Source of the DNA: an uncultured Gemmatimonadales bacterium
GTDB taxonomy: Bacteria; Gemmatimonadota; Gemmatimonadetes; Longimicrobiales; Gaopeijiaceae
Assembly: GCA_963823035.1 (NCBI GenBank)
Contig: CAWGKG010000016.1
Span: 39,765-103,764, forward strand
Length of the DNA stretch: 64,000 nt
Reading direction: 5' to 3'
This document shows, in pieces, positions 33,755 to 44,540 of this stretch. Below the pieces are notes generated by a model. That model searched no databases, was not told where the DNA came from, and saw nothing but the letters and a program-made list of their open reading frames with translations. The position numbers and the translations under genes were made by a program. Position 1 is the stretch's first letter, and every line of letters starts with the position of its first letter.

Positions 33755-33789
33755 CAGCGGCCGGCGTGGCGCCTCCGGCTGTCGAGGCG

Positions 33790-34293
33790 TCAGTCGAACT
33801 CCCGCCGGGGTGCGGCCTGGTCCGGGCCCACCCTCCCGATCGCGATGTCCGCGCGGTTGTAGTTCTCGCCGCGCACCGGGGCCCCTGCCAGGCGCCGGAT
33901 CATCGCGAGCTGGCCCGCGTGCCAGAGCGCGTCCGCGATCGCGCCCTGGAAGAGGCGGCCCGCCGGCTGCCCGAGCGGCGCGTCGGAAGCGAGGTAGGCG
34001 TCGAGGTCGGCGAGGCCGGCGAAGAAGCGCCGCTCCTCTTCCTCCCACGTGCCGGGCGCGGCGTCGCGCCACGTCTCTGCGCCCCGCGCCTGCGCGAGCG
34101 CCCAATCCAACAGATCCCCCATGTGCGCGAGGATGCTCAGGGGCGTGCGCGACCCCTCGCCCACCTGGAAGACGCCGAAGCCGGCTGGAGCGCCCCGGAG
34201 CACCTTCGCGCCGCGGTAGGCCAGCGTGGCCACCGTGTGGCGGAGGAACGTGCGCTCGCCTTCCGTCTCGGTGGGGGCGGTTGGGTCGGTCAT
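33790..34293 (-). CDS. DinB/YfiT-like four-helix protein
   Basis: ILAHMGDL and DALWHAGQLAMIRR His motifs. Confidence 0.7.
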   Translation of the reverse strand: MTDPTAPTETEGERTFLRHTVATLAYRGAKVLRGAPAGFGVFQVGEGSRTPLSILAHMGDLLDWALAQARGAETWRDAAPGTWEEEERRFFAGLADLDAYLASDAPLGQPAGRLFQGAIADALWHAGQLAMIRRLAGAPVRGENYNRADIAIGRVGPDQAAPRREFD

Positions 34294-34416
34294 GGTCTCG
34301 GGAGCGTGGGGATCGGCGTGTCGGAGGGGAAGAATCGATCCCGTTGCGCGTCCGCCACAAGGCTCGTGATCCGCCCGTCCGCTTCCGACAGGCGGCCGGG
34401 CCGTGCATCTTCGGGG

Positions 34417-35377
34417 ATGAACCGACACTTCCTTGCTGCCGCACACCGGCCGCGCACGCGCGCTGCCGCACCCGCCGCCTGCGCGCTGATCGCCGTCCTC
34501 GGCCTGGCCACGGCTGCGGCCGGCCAGGCTCCCGGGGCCGCCCCCCTCCCCGATGCGCTCGTCTCCACCGCATGGCTCGCCGACCACCTCGGCGACCAGG
34601 GCCTGGTCGTCCTGGACGTGGACGGCGGGCAGGGAGCGCTACGACGCGGGCCACATCCCGGGCGCGCGCTTCTTCGACGCGGCCGGCTTCTTCTGGGAGG
34701 GGAACCCGCCGGTCGGCGCGGAGATGCTCACCCCCTCGGCGATCGAAGCGGCGCTGGAGGCCGTGGGTGTCGGGGAGGTAGGCCGTATCGTCGTCTACGG
34801 AGACAGCCCCCTGATGGCGGCCCGCGCCTGGATGACGCTCGACGCGATGGGGCTGGGCGCGCGCGCGGCGCTGCTCGACGGCGGTCTGGGCGCGTGGAAT
34901 CACGAGGGTCGGGCCCTCGCCACCGATGAGCCGGCGTTCGCAGCGGGTGAGGTGACGCTCCGGCCTCGCGCGGACGTGGTGGTCGACGCGGACTGGGTGG
35001 CGGCCCGGTTGGACGATCCGGCGGTCACGCTGGTCGACGCGCGGCGCGGCGAGGAATACACCGGGGCGGACGGGGGCTCGGGGGGCAAGCTGCACGCGGG
35101 CCACGTCCCCGGCGCCTTCTCCCTCCCTTGGGAGGAGCTGGTGGAGAGCCGCGACGTGCCGCTCCTGAAGGGGCGCGACGAGGTTCGCCGACTCTTCGAG
35201 GCCTCCGGCGCGGCCGACGGCTCGACGGTCGTCACCTACTGCGTGACCGGGCTGCGCGCGAGCTACGACTACTTCGTGGCGCGCCTGCTCGGGTACGACG
35301 CCAAGCTCTACGACGGCTCGTGGAGGGATTGGGGCGCGAGGGACCTCCCCTACGTAGCCGGGTCGTCGCGGCGTTGA
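34417..35377 (+). CDS. Two-domain rhodanese/sulfurtransferase with N-terminal signal peptide (frameshift near 34630)
   Basis: LVSTAWLADHL, GHIPGA, LDGGL, YCVTGLRAS and LYDGSW motifs. Confidence 0.9.
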
Positions 35378-36306
35378 ACACCGCACACCGGCGGCTCGGC
35401 GCCAGCGCACTCGGTGCCGCCGTCCTGGCGACCGCCCTCTCCGCGGCGCGTCCCACGGAAGCCGCAGCCCAGAAGCTGCTGTCCTCCTCGGACCTCCTGG
35501 CCATGGAGTCGCCGCCGCCGGACCACCGCATTCCCTACGGCGACGGGCCGTTGCAGTTCGGCAACCTACGGCTCCCCGCCGGCGACGGGCCCTTTCCTGT
35601 CGTCCTCTTCGTGCATGGCGGCTGCTGGCTGTCGCAGTTCCCCATCGGACACGTGGGGCTCCTCGAGCAGGCCCTGGCCGACGCGGGATACGCCGTGTGG
35701 AGCATCGAGTACCGCCGCGTGGGAGACGAGGGTGGTGGATGGCCGGGCACCTTCCGGGACGTGGAGGACGGCGCCGATCATCTGCGCGAGCTCGCGCGGG
35801 CGTACCCGCTCGACCTGAGCCGGGTCGTGGCCGCCGGCCACTCCGCGGGCGGCTACTTCGCGCTCTGGCTCGCCGTCCGGGACCACCTGCCGCGGAGCAG
35901 CGAGCTACGGCGCACGAATCCGCTGCCGATCGCCGGCGTGCTCGCGCTCGCGCCCGCGCCCGACCTCGAGGGTCTCGAGAAGGAGGGCGTGTGCGGGAAC
36001 GTGGTCGACGGGCTCATGGGTGGGCCGCCCGACGAGCATCCGGATCGATACGCCGCGGCGTCCATGATGCGGCTGCCGCCGCCCGAGGTGCCGCACACGC
36101 TCCTGGTGGGCGCGCTCGACCGCTCGTGGGGACCGGTGGGCCGGACGTACTTCGCGCATGCCCGGGCGGAGGGAGACACGCTCGCCCGCCTCGTCGAGCT
36201 GCCCGAGTCCGGGCACTTCGAGATGGTGGTACCGACCACGTCGACGTGGCCGGCCGTGCTCGCGGAGCTTCGCGCGCTCGAGGCGCGGATCGCCGGAGGG
36301 CGCTGA
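35374..36306 (+). CDS. Alpha/beta hydrolase (esterase/lipase), probably exported
   Basis: HGGCW, GHSAGG nucleophile elbow, GHFE. Confidence 0.88.
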   Translation: MNTAHRRLGASALGAAVLATALSAARPTEAAAQKLLSSSDLLAMESPPPDHRIPYGDGPLQFGNLRLPAGDGPFPVVLFVHGGCWLSQFPIGHVGLLEQALADAGYAVWSIEYRRVGDEGGGWPGTFRDVEDGADHLRELARAYPLDLSRVVAAGHSAGGYFALWLAVRDHLPRSSELRRTNPLPIAGVLALAPAPDLEGLEKEGVCGNVVDGLMGGPPDEHPDRYAAASMMRLPPPEVPHTLLVGALDRSWGPVGRTYFAHARAEGDTLARLVELPESGHFEMVVPTTSTWPAVLAELRALEARIAGGR

Positions 36307-36309
36307 CGG

Positions 36310-38326
36310 CTACTCCAGGTAGGTGTAGCCGTCGATCCCCTGGTCCAGGAACCGGCGCATGCTCACGGCTTCGGGGAGCGTGAGCCGCTTCGCGGTCAGC
36401 GCGGCCTCGATCTCCTTGCGGAAGGCGCGGCGCATGGCGTCGGGATCGAACTGCACGAACTGGAGCACCTCGCGTACGGTGTCGCCCTCCACGACCTCTT
36501 CGAGCTGCCAGTGGCCGTCGGGGCCCATCACCACGTGCACGGCGTGCGTGTCCCCGAAGAGGTTGTGCAGGTCCCCGAGCGTCTCCTGATACGCGCCCGT
36601 GAGGAAGACGCCGAGGTAGTACGGCTCGATCTCGCCGCCCAGCCCGTTCGAGCCGTTCCCGTTCGGCCCGCCGTTCGTGGCGGCGGCCGCCGGTATCCTG
36701 CGGAGTGGATGCAGGTTGAGCGCCTCGCTCGGCTCCCCGTCCCCGGGGAACTTGTCCACGCGCCCGTCGGAGTCGCACGTCACATCGGCCAGGATGCCGC
36801 GGCGCACCGGCGTCTCGTCGAGCCGGTGGATGGGCATGATCGGGAAGACCTGGTCGATCCCCCAGGCGTCGATGAGCGACTGGAAGAGGCTGAAGTTCGA
36901 GAAGTAGATGTCCCCCAGCCGGTCGGGGAGATCCCAGAGCTCCTCGGGAAGATCCTGGCGATGCTCGCGCGCGACGTGGTTCCCGATCGCCCAGTACAGC
37001 TCCTCGGAGGCGGCGCGCGCCGTGATGCTCATGTAGCCGAGGTTGAAGAGGCTCATCGCCTCGTTCAGCGCGTGCTCGGCGTCCTGGTAGATCTCGATCG
37101 GGTCGCCGTCACCCTCGAGGCGCTGGTACGCGTCCACCAGATCGAGGAGCGGCTGCGGCACCTCTTCCTCCGGTGGCTCGTTCAGCGCGCGGTCCACCAG
37201 CTCCGCGTCCGGCTCCTCGGGAAAGACGCGGCTACCCAGCACCTGGAAGACGAGCACGCCGGAGTGCGCGACCAGCGCGCGACCCGACTCGGTCACGATG
37301 TCGGGGTGCGGGACCCCGGCGTCGTCGCAGATCGACTTGACGCGGTACACGATGTCCGTCGCGTACTGCTCGATCGTGTAGTTCATGGAAGACTGTGAGG
37401 CGGAGGCGGAGCCGTCGTAGTCCACCCCGAGCCCTCCGCCCAGGTCCAGCATCCCCATCGGCGCGCCGAGCTTCACGAGCTCGACGTAGATGTGCGCCAG
37501 CTCGCTGACCGCGTACTTGAAGGTGCGGATGTCATAGATCTGCGAGCCGACGTGGCAGTGCAGGAGGCGCAGCCCCCCGAGCAGCCCCTCCTCACGCAGC
37601 CAGTCGACCGAGGAGAGCACCTGGCTGACCGAAAGGCCGAACTTCCCCCGGAATCCCACCGAATCGGCCCACCGGCCGATCCCTCCCGACGCCAGCTTGG
37701 CGCGGATGCCGAAGCGCGGCGTCACGCTGTGGGCGCGCGCGGAGCGGATGAGCATCTCCAGCTCCTGCGTCTGCTCGATCACGGGGAGGATGTTGCGGCC
37801 CATCTTCGCCGCCAGGATCGCGGTCTCGACGAACTCCGCGTCCTTGAAGCCGTTGCAGATGAACGGCATCTCGGGGAGCCCCTCCGTGAGCGAGAGGCCG
37901 GCCAGCAGCTCCGGTTTCGAGCCCGCCTCCAGGCCGAAGCCCATCGTGCGGCCCAGGTCGCGGATCTCCTCGCAGATGTGCCGCTGCTGGTTGACCTTGA
38001 TCGGATAGACGCCGGTGTACTTGCCCTGGTAATCCCCTTCGGAGATGGCCTCGTCGAAGGCGCGGCGCAGGTGCGCCATCCGGTGCGCGATGATCCCCGA
38101 GAAGCGGATGACCACGGGCGGCCACAGGTCGCGCGCCTGCAGCCCCTCCACCACCTCCATGAGGTCGATCGAGCGCGTCGGGTCCGCGTCCGGATAGACC
38201 AGCACGGTCCCTTCGTCCGAGACGCCGAAGTACCCCGCACCCCAATCCGCCAACTTGTAGAGCTCCGCGGACTGCTTGGCGGACCAACTCTCGATCTCGG
38301 TGCGGGGAGTGGTCGGTCTCGTTCAT
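36310..38326 (-). CDS. speA: Biosynthetic arginine decarboxylase (frameshift near the start)
   Basis: WGAGYF, YPIKVNQQ, GLEAGSKPEL, HCHVGSQI, DLGGGLGVDYDG, TCDSDG and GAYQETLGDLHNLFG motifs. Confidence 0.97.
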
Positions 38327-38460
38327 CGACGGGGCGACTCGGGTGAGGGTCGGAGAGCAACGGCCTCAACTTTCTCGAAGACCTCCCCGCTTCACAAGAG
38401 CGCCGGCAGCGAGGGAGCGACGGCTCCCCGTCGCTCCCCCGCGTGCGCCGTCCGACTGGG

Positions 38461-41235
38461 CTACTCGGCGCGCAGCGCCTCCAGCGGATCGATCCTGGAA
38501 GCCCGGCGCGCCGGCAGCCAACTCGCCACGAGCGCGATGCACGCGAGGACGACGGCCGCCGCGGTGTACACCACCGGATCGGTGGGGGCCACGCCGACGA
38601 GCAGTCCCTCGAGGATGCGTGTGGTGGCGAGCGCGAGCCCCACACCCACCACGAGGCCTCCGGCGACCACGAGCGATCGACTCGCGCACCACCATCCGCT
38701 GCACCTCGCCGGGCTGGGCGCCTACCGCCATGCGCATCCCGATCTCGCGCGTGCGCCGCGCCACCACGTAGGAGATGACGCCGTAGAGGCCGACCGCGGA
38801 CAGGAGGAGCGCGACGGCCGCCGCGATCCCGATCAGGAGGGAGACGAAGGAGATCTGCGCGAAGGCTGCGGCGACGATCTCGCTCATGGAGGTCGCGTTG
38901 GCCAGCGGGATCTCCGGATCGATCGCGGCGACCACGCGCCGCACCTCGGGGACCAGCGAGGTCGGGTCGGCGCGATCCGTGCGCACCACCAGCGTGATGT
39001 AGCCCGGCCACCAGTTCCAGCTGCCGGTCTCCCCGGGGTGCTTCCGTATCGGGTAGTAGATGGCGATCGCGGGTTGGCTGAGCGGGACCTCTCCCTCGGA
39101 GGTGCTGCGCGCCACGTCGTCCACCACGCCGACCACGCGATAGAACGGGCCCTGGCTGCGCCCGCTGGGTGCCACGCCCTGACCGAGCGCCGGCTGCCCC
39201 GGCCAGAAGCGCTCGGCGAACGCCTTGCTCACGACCACCACCCCGCCGTGACCCTCGTCGTTGTCCCCGTCGTCGAACACCCTTCCTTCCAGGAGGGGGA
39301 TGCGCATGGTCTCGAAGTACCCAGGCGTGGTCGCCTCCTGACCGGCGCAGGTGGTGAGGCCCGCGTCCTTCACGCGCTGGTAGACGGACGCGTCCTCGAA
39401 GCCCTGCACCACGCACCCGTAGCCGCCGTACACCGGCACCTCCTCGCTCATCCCGGCGTCGGTCACCCCGGGGAGCGCGCGCACCTGGTCGATGATGTCG
39501 CGGTAGAGGTTCCACACGGCGACGTCGTCCGGATAGCGCTCGTGGGAGAGGAAGAGGTCCACGGCCAGGACGCCCTCCGGAGTCGACGCCCGGATCCGCC
39601 TGCCGCAGCTTGGCGAGCGTCTCGACGAGGAGGCCCGCACCGACCATGAGCGTGAGCGCCAGTGCTACCTGGACGGCGACCAGCCCACGGCGCAGCCGTC
39701 GGGCGCCGGCCCCCGAAGACGAGCCGCGCCCCCCGGCCGCCAGCTCCGCCGAGGCGTTCGGGGCCGCATGCGCGAGCAGCGGGATACACGGCGAGGCCGA
39801 GGCCCACCAGGACCGAGATCACCAGGGTGAATGCGACCGTTCCCAGGTCCATCCCGGCGCCGTGGATGCGGGGGAGCCCGGTGGGCGCCAGCGAAGTCAG
39901 GGCGGGAACGGCCCAGGAACCGACCACGAGGGCCACCGCCGCGCCGACGAGCGCGAGGGTCATCCCCTCCGCGAGGACGTAGCGGGCAAGCGCGGGGCGG
40001 CCCGCGCCCAGCGCAGCCCGGATCGCGACCTCGCGCCGGCGGCCCTCCATGCGCACCAGGAAGAGGTTGGCGACGTTCGCGGCGGCGATGAAGAGCACCA
40101 GGATCACGCCGCCGAAGAGGATCCACAGGTTGCGCGCGAGATTGCCGACCACCCATTCCTTGAGCGGCACGACCTGGGTCCGGAACCCGTACTGGTCGAA
40201 GAAGCCCTGGCTGTAGGCCTGGGGAAATGCCGCGGGGAGCTGTGCCGTGAGCCCGACCATCTCGGCCTGGACGGACGCCGCGGTCGCCCCCGGCGCGAGC
40301 CGCCCGATGCCCTGGAAGGCGTGGTTGTTCCAGAACTCGCCGTTGCGGTCGATGCGCATCGGGAGCCAGAGGTCGGGGCGCAGGTCGGCGGGCCACCCGG
40401 GAGGATCGAGCCCGTCTTCGAGGACGCCGACGATCTCCACCTGACGATCGTTGTACCGGAGCGACCGACCCACCACGTCGGGATCTCCTCCGAGCGCGCG
40501 CTGCCAGAAGGCGTGCGAGATCACGGCGACGCGCGTGGCGTCGGGCCGATCGTCGTCGACTCCGATGACCCTTCCGAGCTCGGCGCGCGCGCCGAGCAGC
40601 CCCATCATGCTGGCGGTGGCGTCGACCGAGTGGACCCGCTCGGCGCCGGAGGTGGTGACGACCGTCCCGCCGCTACCCCGGTAGATCCCGACTTCGTCGA
40701 GGGTCTCTGCGTGGTCCGTGAACCACACCCACTGCGCCGTCGACAGATTCCAGATCTCGTCGGGGCCCACGCCGGGCACCTGATTCTCCAGGCGCACCAG
40801 CCGCTGCGGCTGGGGATAGGGAAGGGGGTCGAGCACGACACGGTCGAGCAAGGTCCAGATGGCCGCGCTCCCTCCGATGCCGAGCGCCAGCGTCGACACG
40901 GCGACGGTCGTGAAGCCCGGGGCCCGAAGCATGCTGCGCAGCGCCACGGTCACGTCGTTCCGCCAACCCTTGAACCATCCCATGATGCTCCCCCTCCCGT
41001 GGATGTGCTCCCCTGCACGCTCTGGGCGCGCGCGTCCCAGCGCGCGCACCGTCTCCGCGTCGGCGAAGGCGCCCCACGCCACCGCCGCCACCCGCCATCC
41101 TTCGCCCCGTGCTTCCGCGTCGGCGAGCTCGCCCTCCCACTCGCCCAGGAACCGACCCCGCTGGGACGACGGCACGCGCAGGGCGGCCAGACGCGCGAGC
41201 GTCCAGGCGACGCGGTGGGCCGCCGTTCGGCTCAT
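38461..41235 (-). CDS. Duplicated orphan ABC permease (MacB/FtsX-type, ADOP-like; frameshifted)
   Basis: TLALGIGG, LPYPQPQRLV, RRREVAIRAALGA, RRTREIGMRMAVGA and PARRASRIDP motifs. Confidence 0.9.
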
Positions 41236-41243
41236 CGTCTTCC

Positions 41244-41573
41244 TCAGCCGCCCGCCGGGCGGGCGCCGAAGAGCGCCTGCTGCGCGAGCACCCGCTCCCG
41301 TGCGTCGGCCAGCGCCGCCCGCCCCGCCCGGGTCGCGGCGTAGTAGCGCCGGGGCGGTCGGCCTTCGTCGTGCGCGTCGGCCGATTGCTCCCACTCCGAA
41401 GCCACCAGCCCGGCGGCCTCCAGGCGCCGCAGGAGGGGATAGACCGTCCCGCTCTTCAGATGCGCCGCGCGCATGATCTCGAAGCCGTAGCGATGCCCCT
41501 GGACGATGGCCTGGAGCACGAGCGCGGCGTTGTAGCTGAGGGGTCCCTCGGATGCTGCGCCCTTCGGCGTCAT
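41244..41573 (-). CDS. PadR-family transcriptional regulator
   Basis: YGFEI, GTVYPLLRRLE and RRYY motifs. Confidence 0.93.
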   Translation of the reverse strand: MTPKGAASEGPLSYNAALVLQAIVQGHRYGFEIMRAAHLKSGTVYPLLRRLEAAGLVASEWEQSADAHDEGRPPRRYYAATRAGRAALADARERVLAQQALFGARPAGG

Positions 41574-41612
41574 GCGTCTCCCTCCCGGAGCGTCATGGCT
41601 GACCTGCGTGCG

Positions 41613-41640
41613 AATCTACATAGGTCGATATATACATAGA
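41613..41640. promoter_or_regulatory. AT-rich putative PadR operator/promoter
   Basis: TACATAG repeated at 41617 and 41633, directly upstream of padR. Confidence 0.45.
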
Positions 41641-41786
41641 CGCCGGGAAGTGCGAAAGGGTTTCCATCGTGCGCCTCGCGGTCCCCTGCCCGCGAGCCCT
41701 GGCACGGGTGCGCGCTGCGCGTCACTTTTCGAGGCTCGCGCCCGGCCCCGGCCCACGCCTTTCCGGAACAACCAAGGCCAAACCTC

Positions 41787-44538
41787 ATGCGCCTTTTCGG
41801 CACGCTCCTCTGCGGCATTGTCGCGATCGCGGTCACCCCGCCCCTCGCCGCCCAGCTTCCTGCACCCGAATCCGTGCTTGGCTTCCGCGTCGGCGCGGAC
41901 TTCCACCTGGCCACCTACGAGCAGTCCCTGGAGTACTTCCGGCGCCTGGACGCGGCCTCCGACCGCCTCGAGCTCCGCCAGGTGGGCACCACCTCGGAGG
42001 GACGCCCGTGGTACGTGGCGCTCATCTCCTCGGCCGACAACCTGCGCAACGTCGAGCGCTATCGGGAGATCGCCCAGCGTCTCGCGCATCCGGAGGGGCT
42101 CACCGACGCGGAGGCCCGCGCGCTGGCACGCGAGGGGAAGGCGATCGTGCACATCGACGGCGGCCTGCACGCCACCGAGGTGGCCGGCGCGCAGCACACG
42201 ATCCAGCTCGCCTACGACCTGGTGAGCGGCGACGACGACTCCACCATCCGGGCCATCCTGGACAACGTCGTGCTCGTCCTCTGGTTCTGCATCAACCCGG
42301 ACGGCCAGACCCTGGTCGCGGACTGGTACGCGTCCAACCTGGGCACGCCCTACGAGGTCGCCCCGACCCCCTTCCTGTACCAGAAGTACATCGGGCACGA
42401 CAACAACCGCGACGGCTACATGATCAACATGATCGAGTCGCGCACGGTGACCCGTACGGACCGGCAGTGGGAGCCGCAGATCGTCTACAACCACCACCAG
42501 ACCGCGCCCTTCCCGGCGCGCATCTGGATCCCGCCGTTCGCGGAGCCGGTGAGCCCGGACGTGCACCCGCTCATGTGGCGCACGGTGAACCTCCTCGGCA
42601 TGGCGATGGCCGAAGCGCTCGAGGAGCGGGGACAGAAGGGCGCCGTGCACATGGGCACGGGCTTCGACGACTGGTACCCCGGCTTCATCGACCACGCGAA
42701 CAGCTTCCACAACGTGGCGTCGCTGCTCACCGAGACCGGACTCTACCGCTACGCCACGCCGCACTTCTACACGATCGACGACTTTCCGCGCGACGCGCGC
42801 GACCTGCGCCCCATGTCCCTCTACGCGAGCCCATGGGAGGGAGGGTGGTGGCGGCTGCGCGACGCCGTCGAGTACATGGAGACCGCCTCGCTCGCGGTGC
42901 TCGACGTGGCGGCGAAGTACCGCGAGAACCTCCTCTACAACCGCTACCAGGCGGGCCGCGACGTGATCGCCGAGTACTCGCGACGGGCCGCCCTACGCCT
43001 ACTTCGTCGGCGAGGAGCAGCGCGACCCGGTGGCGGCCGCGGAGATGTTGCGACGCCTCGCCTTCAACGGCATCGAGGTGGACCGGCTGACGAGCGCGGT
43101 CACGGTGGAGGGCGTGCAGCACCCCGCGGGGACGTGGGTCATCCCGATGGATCAGCCCTTCGCGAACTTCGTGCGCCAGCTCTTCGCGGTGCAGAACTAC
43201 CCGGACCTGCGCCAGTACCCTGAGGGCCCGCCCGAGCAGCCGTACGACGTGTCCGGGTGGACGCTTCCGTACCAGTTCGACGTTCGGGTCGTGGAGGCGC
43301 GCGCCCCCCTCGCCGTCGACGTGCGCGCGGCGATGGAGGCGCTCTCCGCCGAGCCCCTCGCCCTCGACGCAGCGGGCGACGCGTCGCCCTGGGACTCGCC
43401 TCCGGACGTGGGCTTCGACACGAACCCGGTGGCGCGCGCGATCGTGCCGCCGGCGGGCCGGGTGACGGGCGGGGGAGGGGCCCTCATCCTCGATCCCGCG
43501 CAGAACAACACCTACAAGGCCCTCGGCCGGGCATGGGCGAGCGGGGGCCAGGTGAGCTTCGCCCCGGGGCACGCGGCGGCGGACTCCGGCTCCGCCGGCA
43601 CCAGCGGGCGATGGCTGGTCACGGGGCTGGCGGGCTCCGCGCGCGACGGCATGGTGCGCGACCTGCACTTGCGGGCGGAAGGTGGCTCGATGCCCTCCGG
43701 GCGGGTGGCGAAGCCGCGCATCGGCCTCTACCGACCCTGGAGTGCCTCCATCGACGAGGGTTGGACGCGCTGGCTCCTCGAGACGTACGGCCTCGCACCC
43801 ACGAGCGTGCGCAACGCGGACGTCCTGGCGGGGAATCTGCGGGATCGCTACGACGTCGTCGTCCTCGCGGACATCCGGGCGCGCACGATCCTGGAAGGCT
43901 TCGAGAGCGGCTCGGTGCCCCCCCGCTACGCAGGTGGGATCGGCCAGGAGGGCGCGCGCGAGCTGGATGCCTTCGTGCGCGGCGGGGGCACGCTCGTGAC
44001 GATCAACGGCTCCAGCCAGTTCGCCGTGGACGCCCTCCATCTGCCCGTGAAGGATGCCACCGACGGCCTCGCGCGCGAGGACTTCTTCGCCTCCGGCGCG
44101 ATCGTGGAGCTGCTCACGGACCCGTCGCAGCCGGTCATGAGCGGGATGCCGGAGCGGGCCAAGGTCTTCGTGGGCGGGAGTCCCGTCTTCACGACGGAGA
44201 AGGGGTTCGAGGGGCACGTGCTCGCCATGTACCCGAAGGAGGGTTCCCCGCTGCTCTCCGGCTACTTCCTCGGCGAGGAGCACGTGCAGGGTTACGCGGC
44301 GGCGCTCGACGTGGCGCACGGCGACGGCCACGTGGTGCTGCTCGGCATGCGGCCGCAGTGGCGCGGCCAGCCCTTCGGCACCTTCAAGATCCTCTTCAAC
44401 GCGGCGCTGTTCACGAAGGCGGTGGCGGACCAGGCACCCGACAACGGGGCGTTCTGGACGGCCCCGGCGGCCGAGAAGCCGCAGGCCGCGGACAGCGCCG
44501 GCGCGAACGGTGGCCGCGGCCGGCCCGGAGGACGCTGA
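41787..44538 (+). CDS. M14 family zinc carboxypeptidase-like exported protein (frameshift near 42980)
   Basis: Signal peptide; GLHATE, NPDG, HDNNRD and NHHQ motifs; C-terminal EGWTRWLLE GATase-like domain. Confidence 0.9.
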
Positions 44539-44540
44539 CC

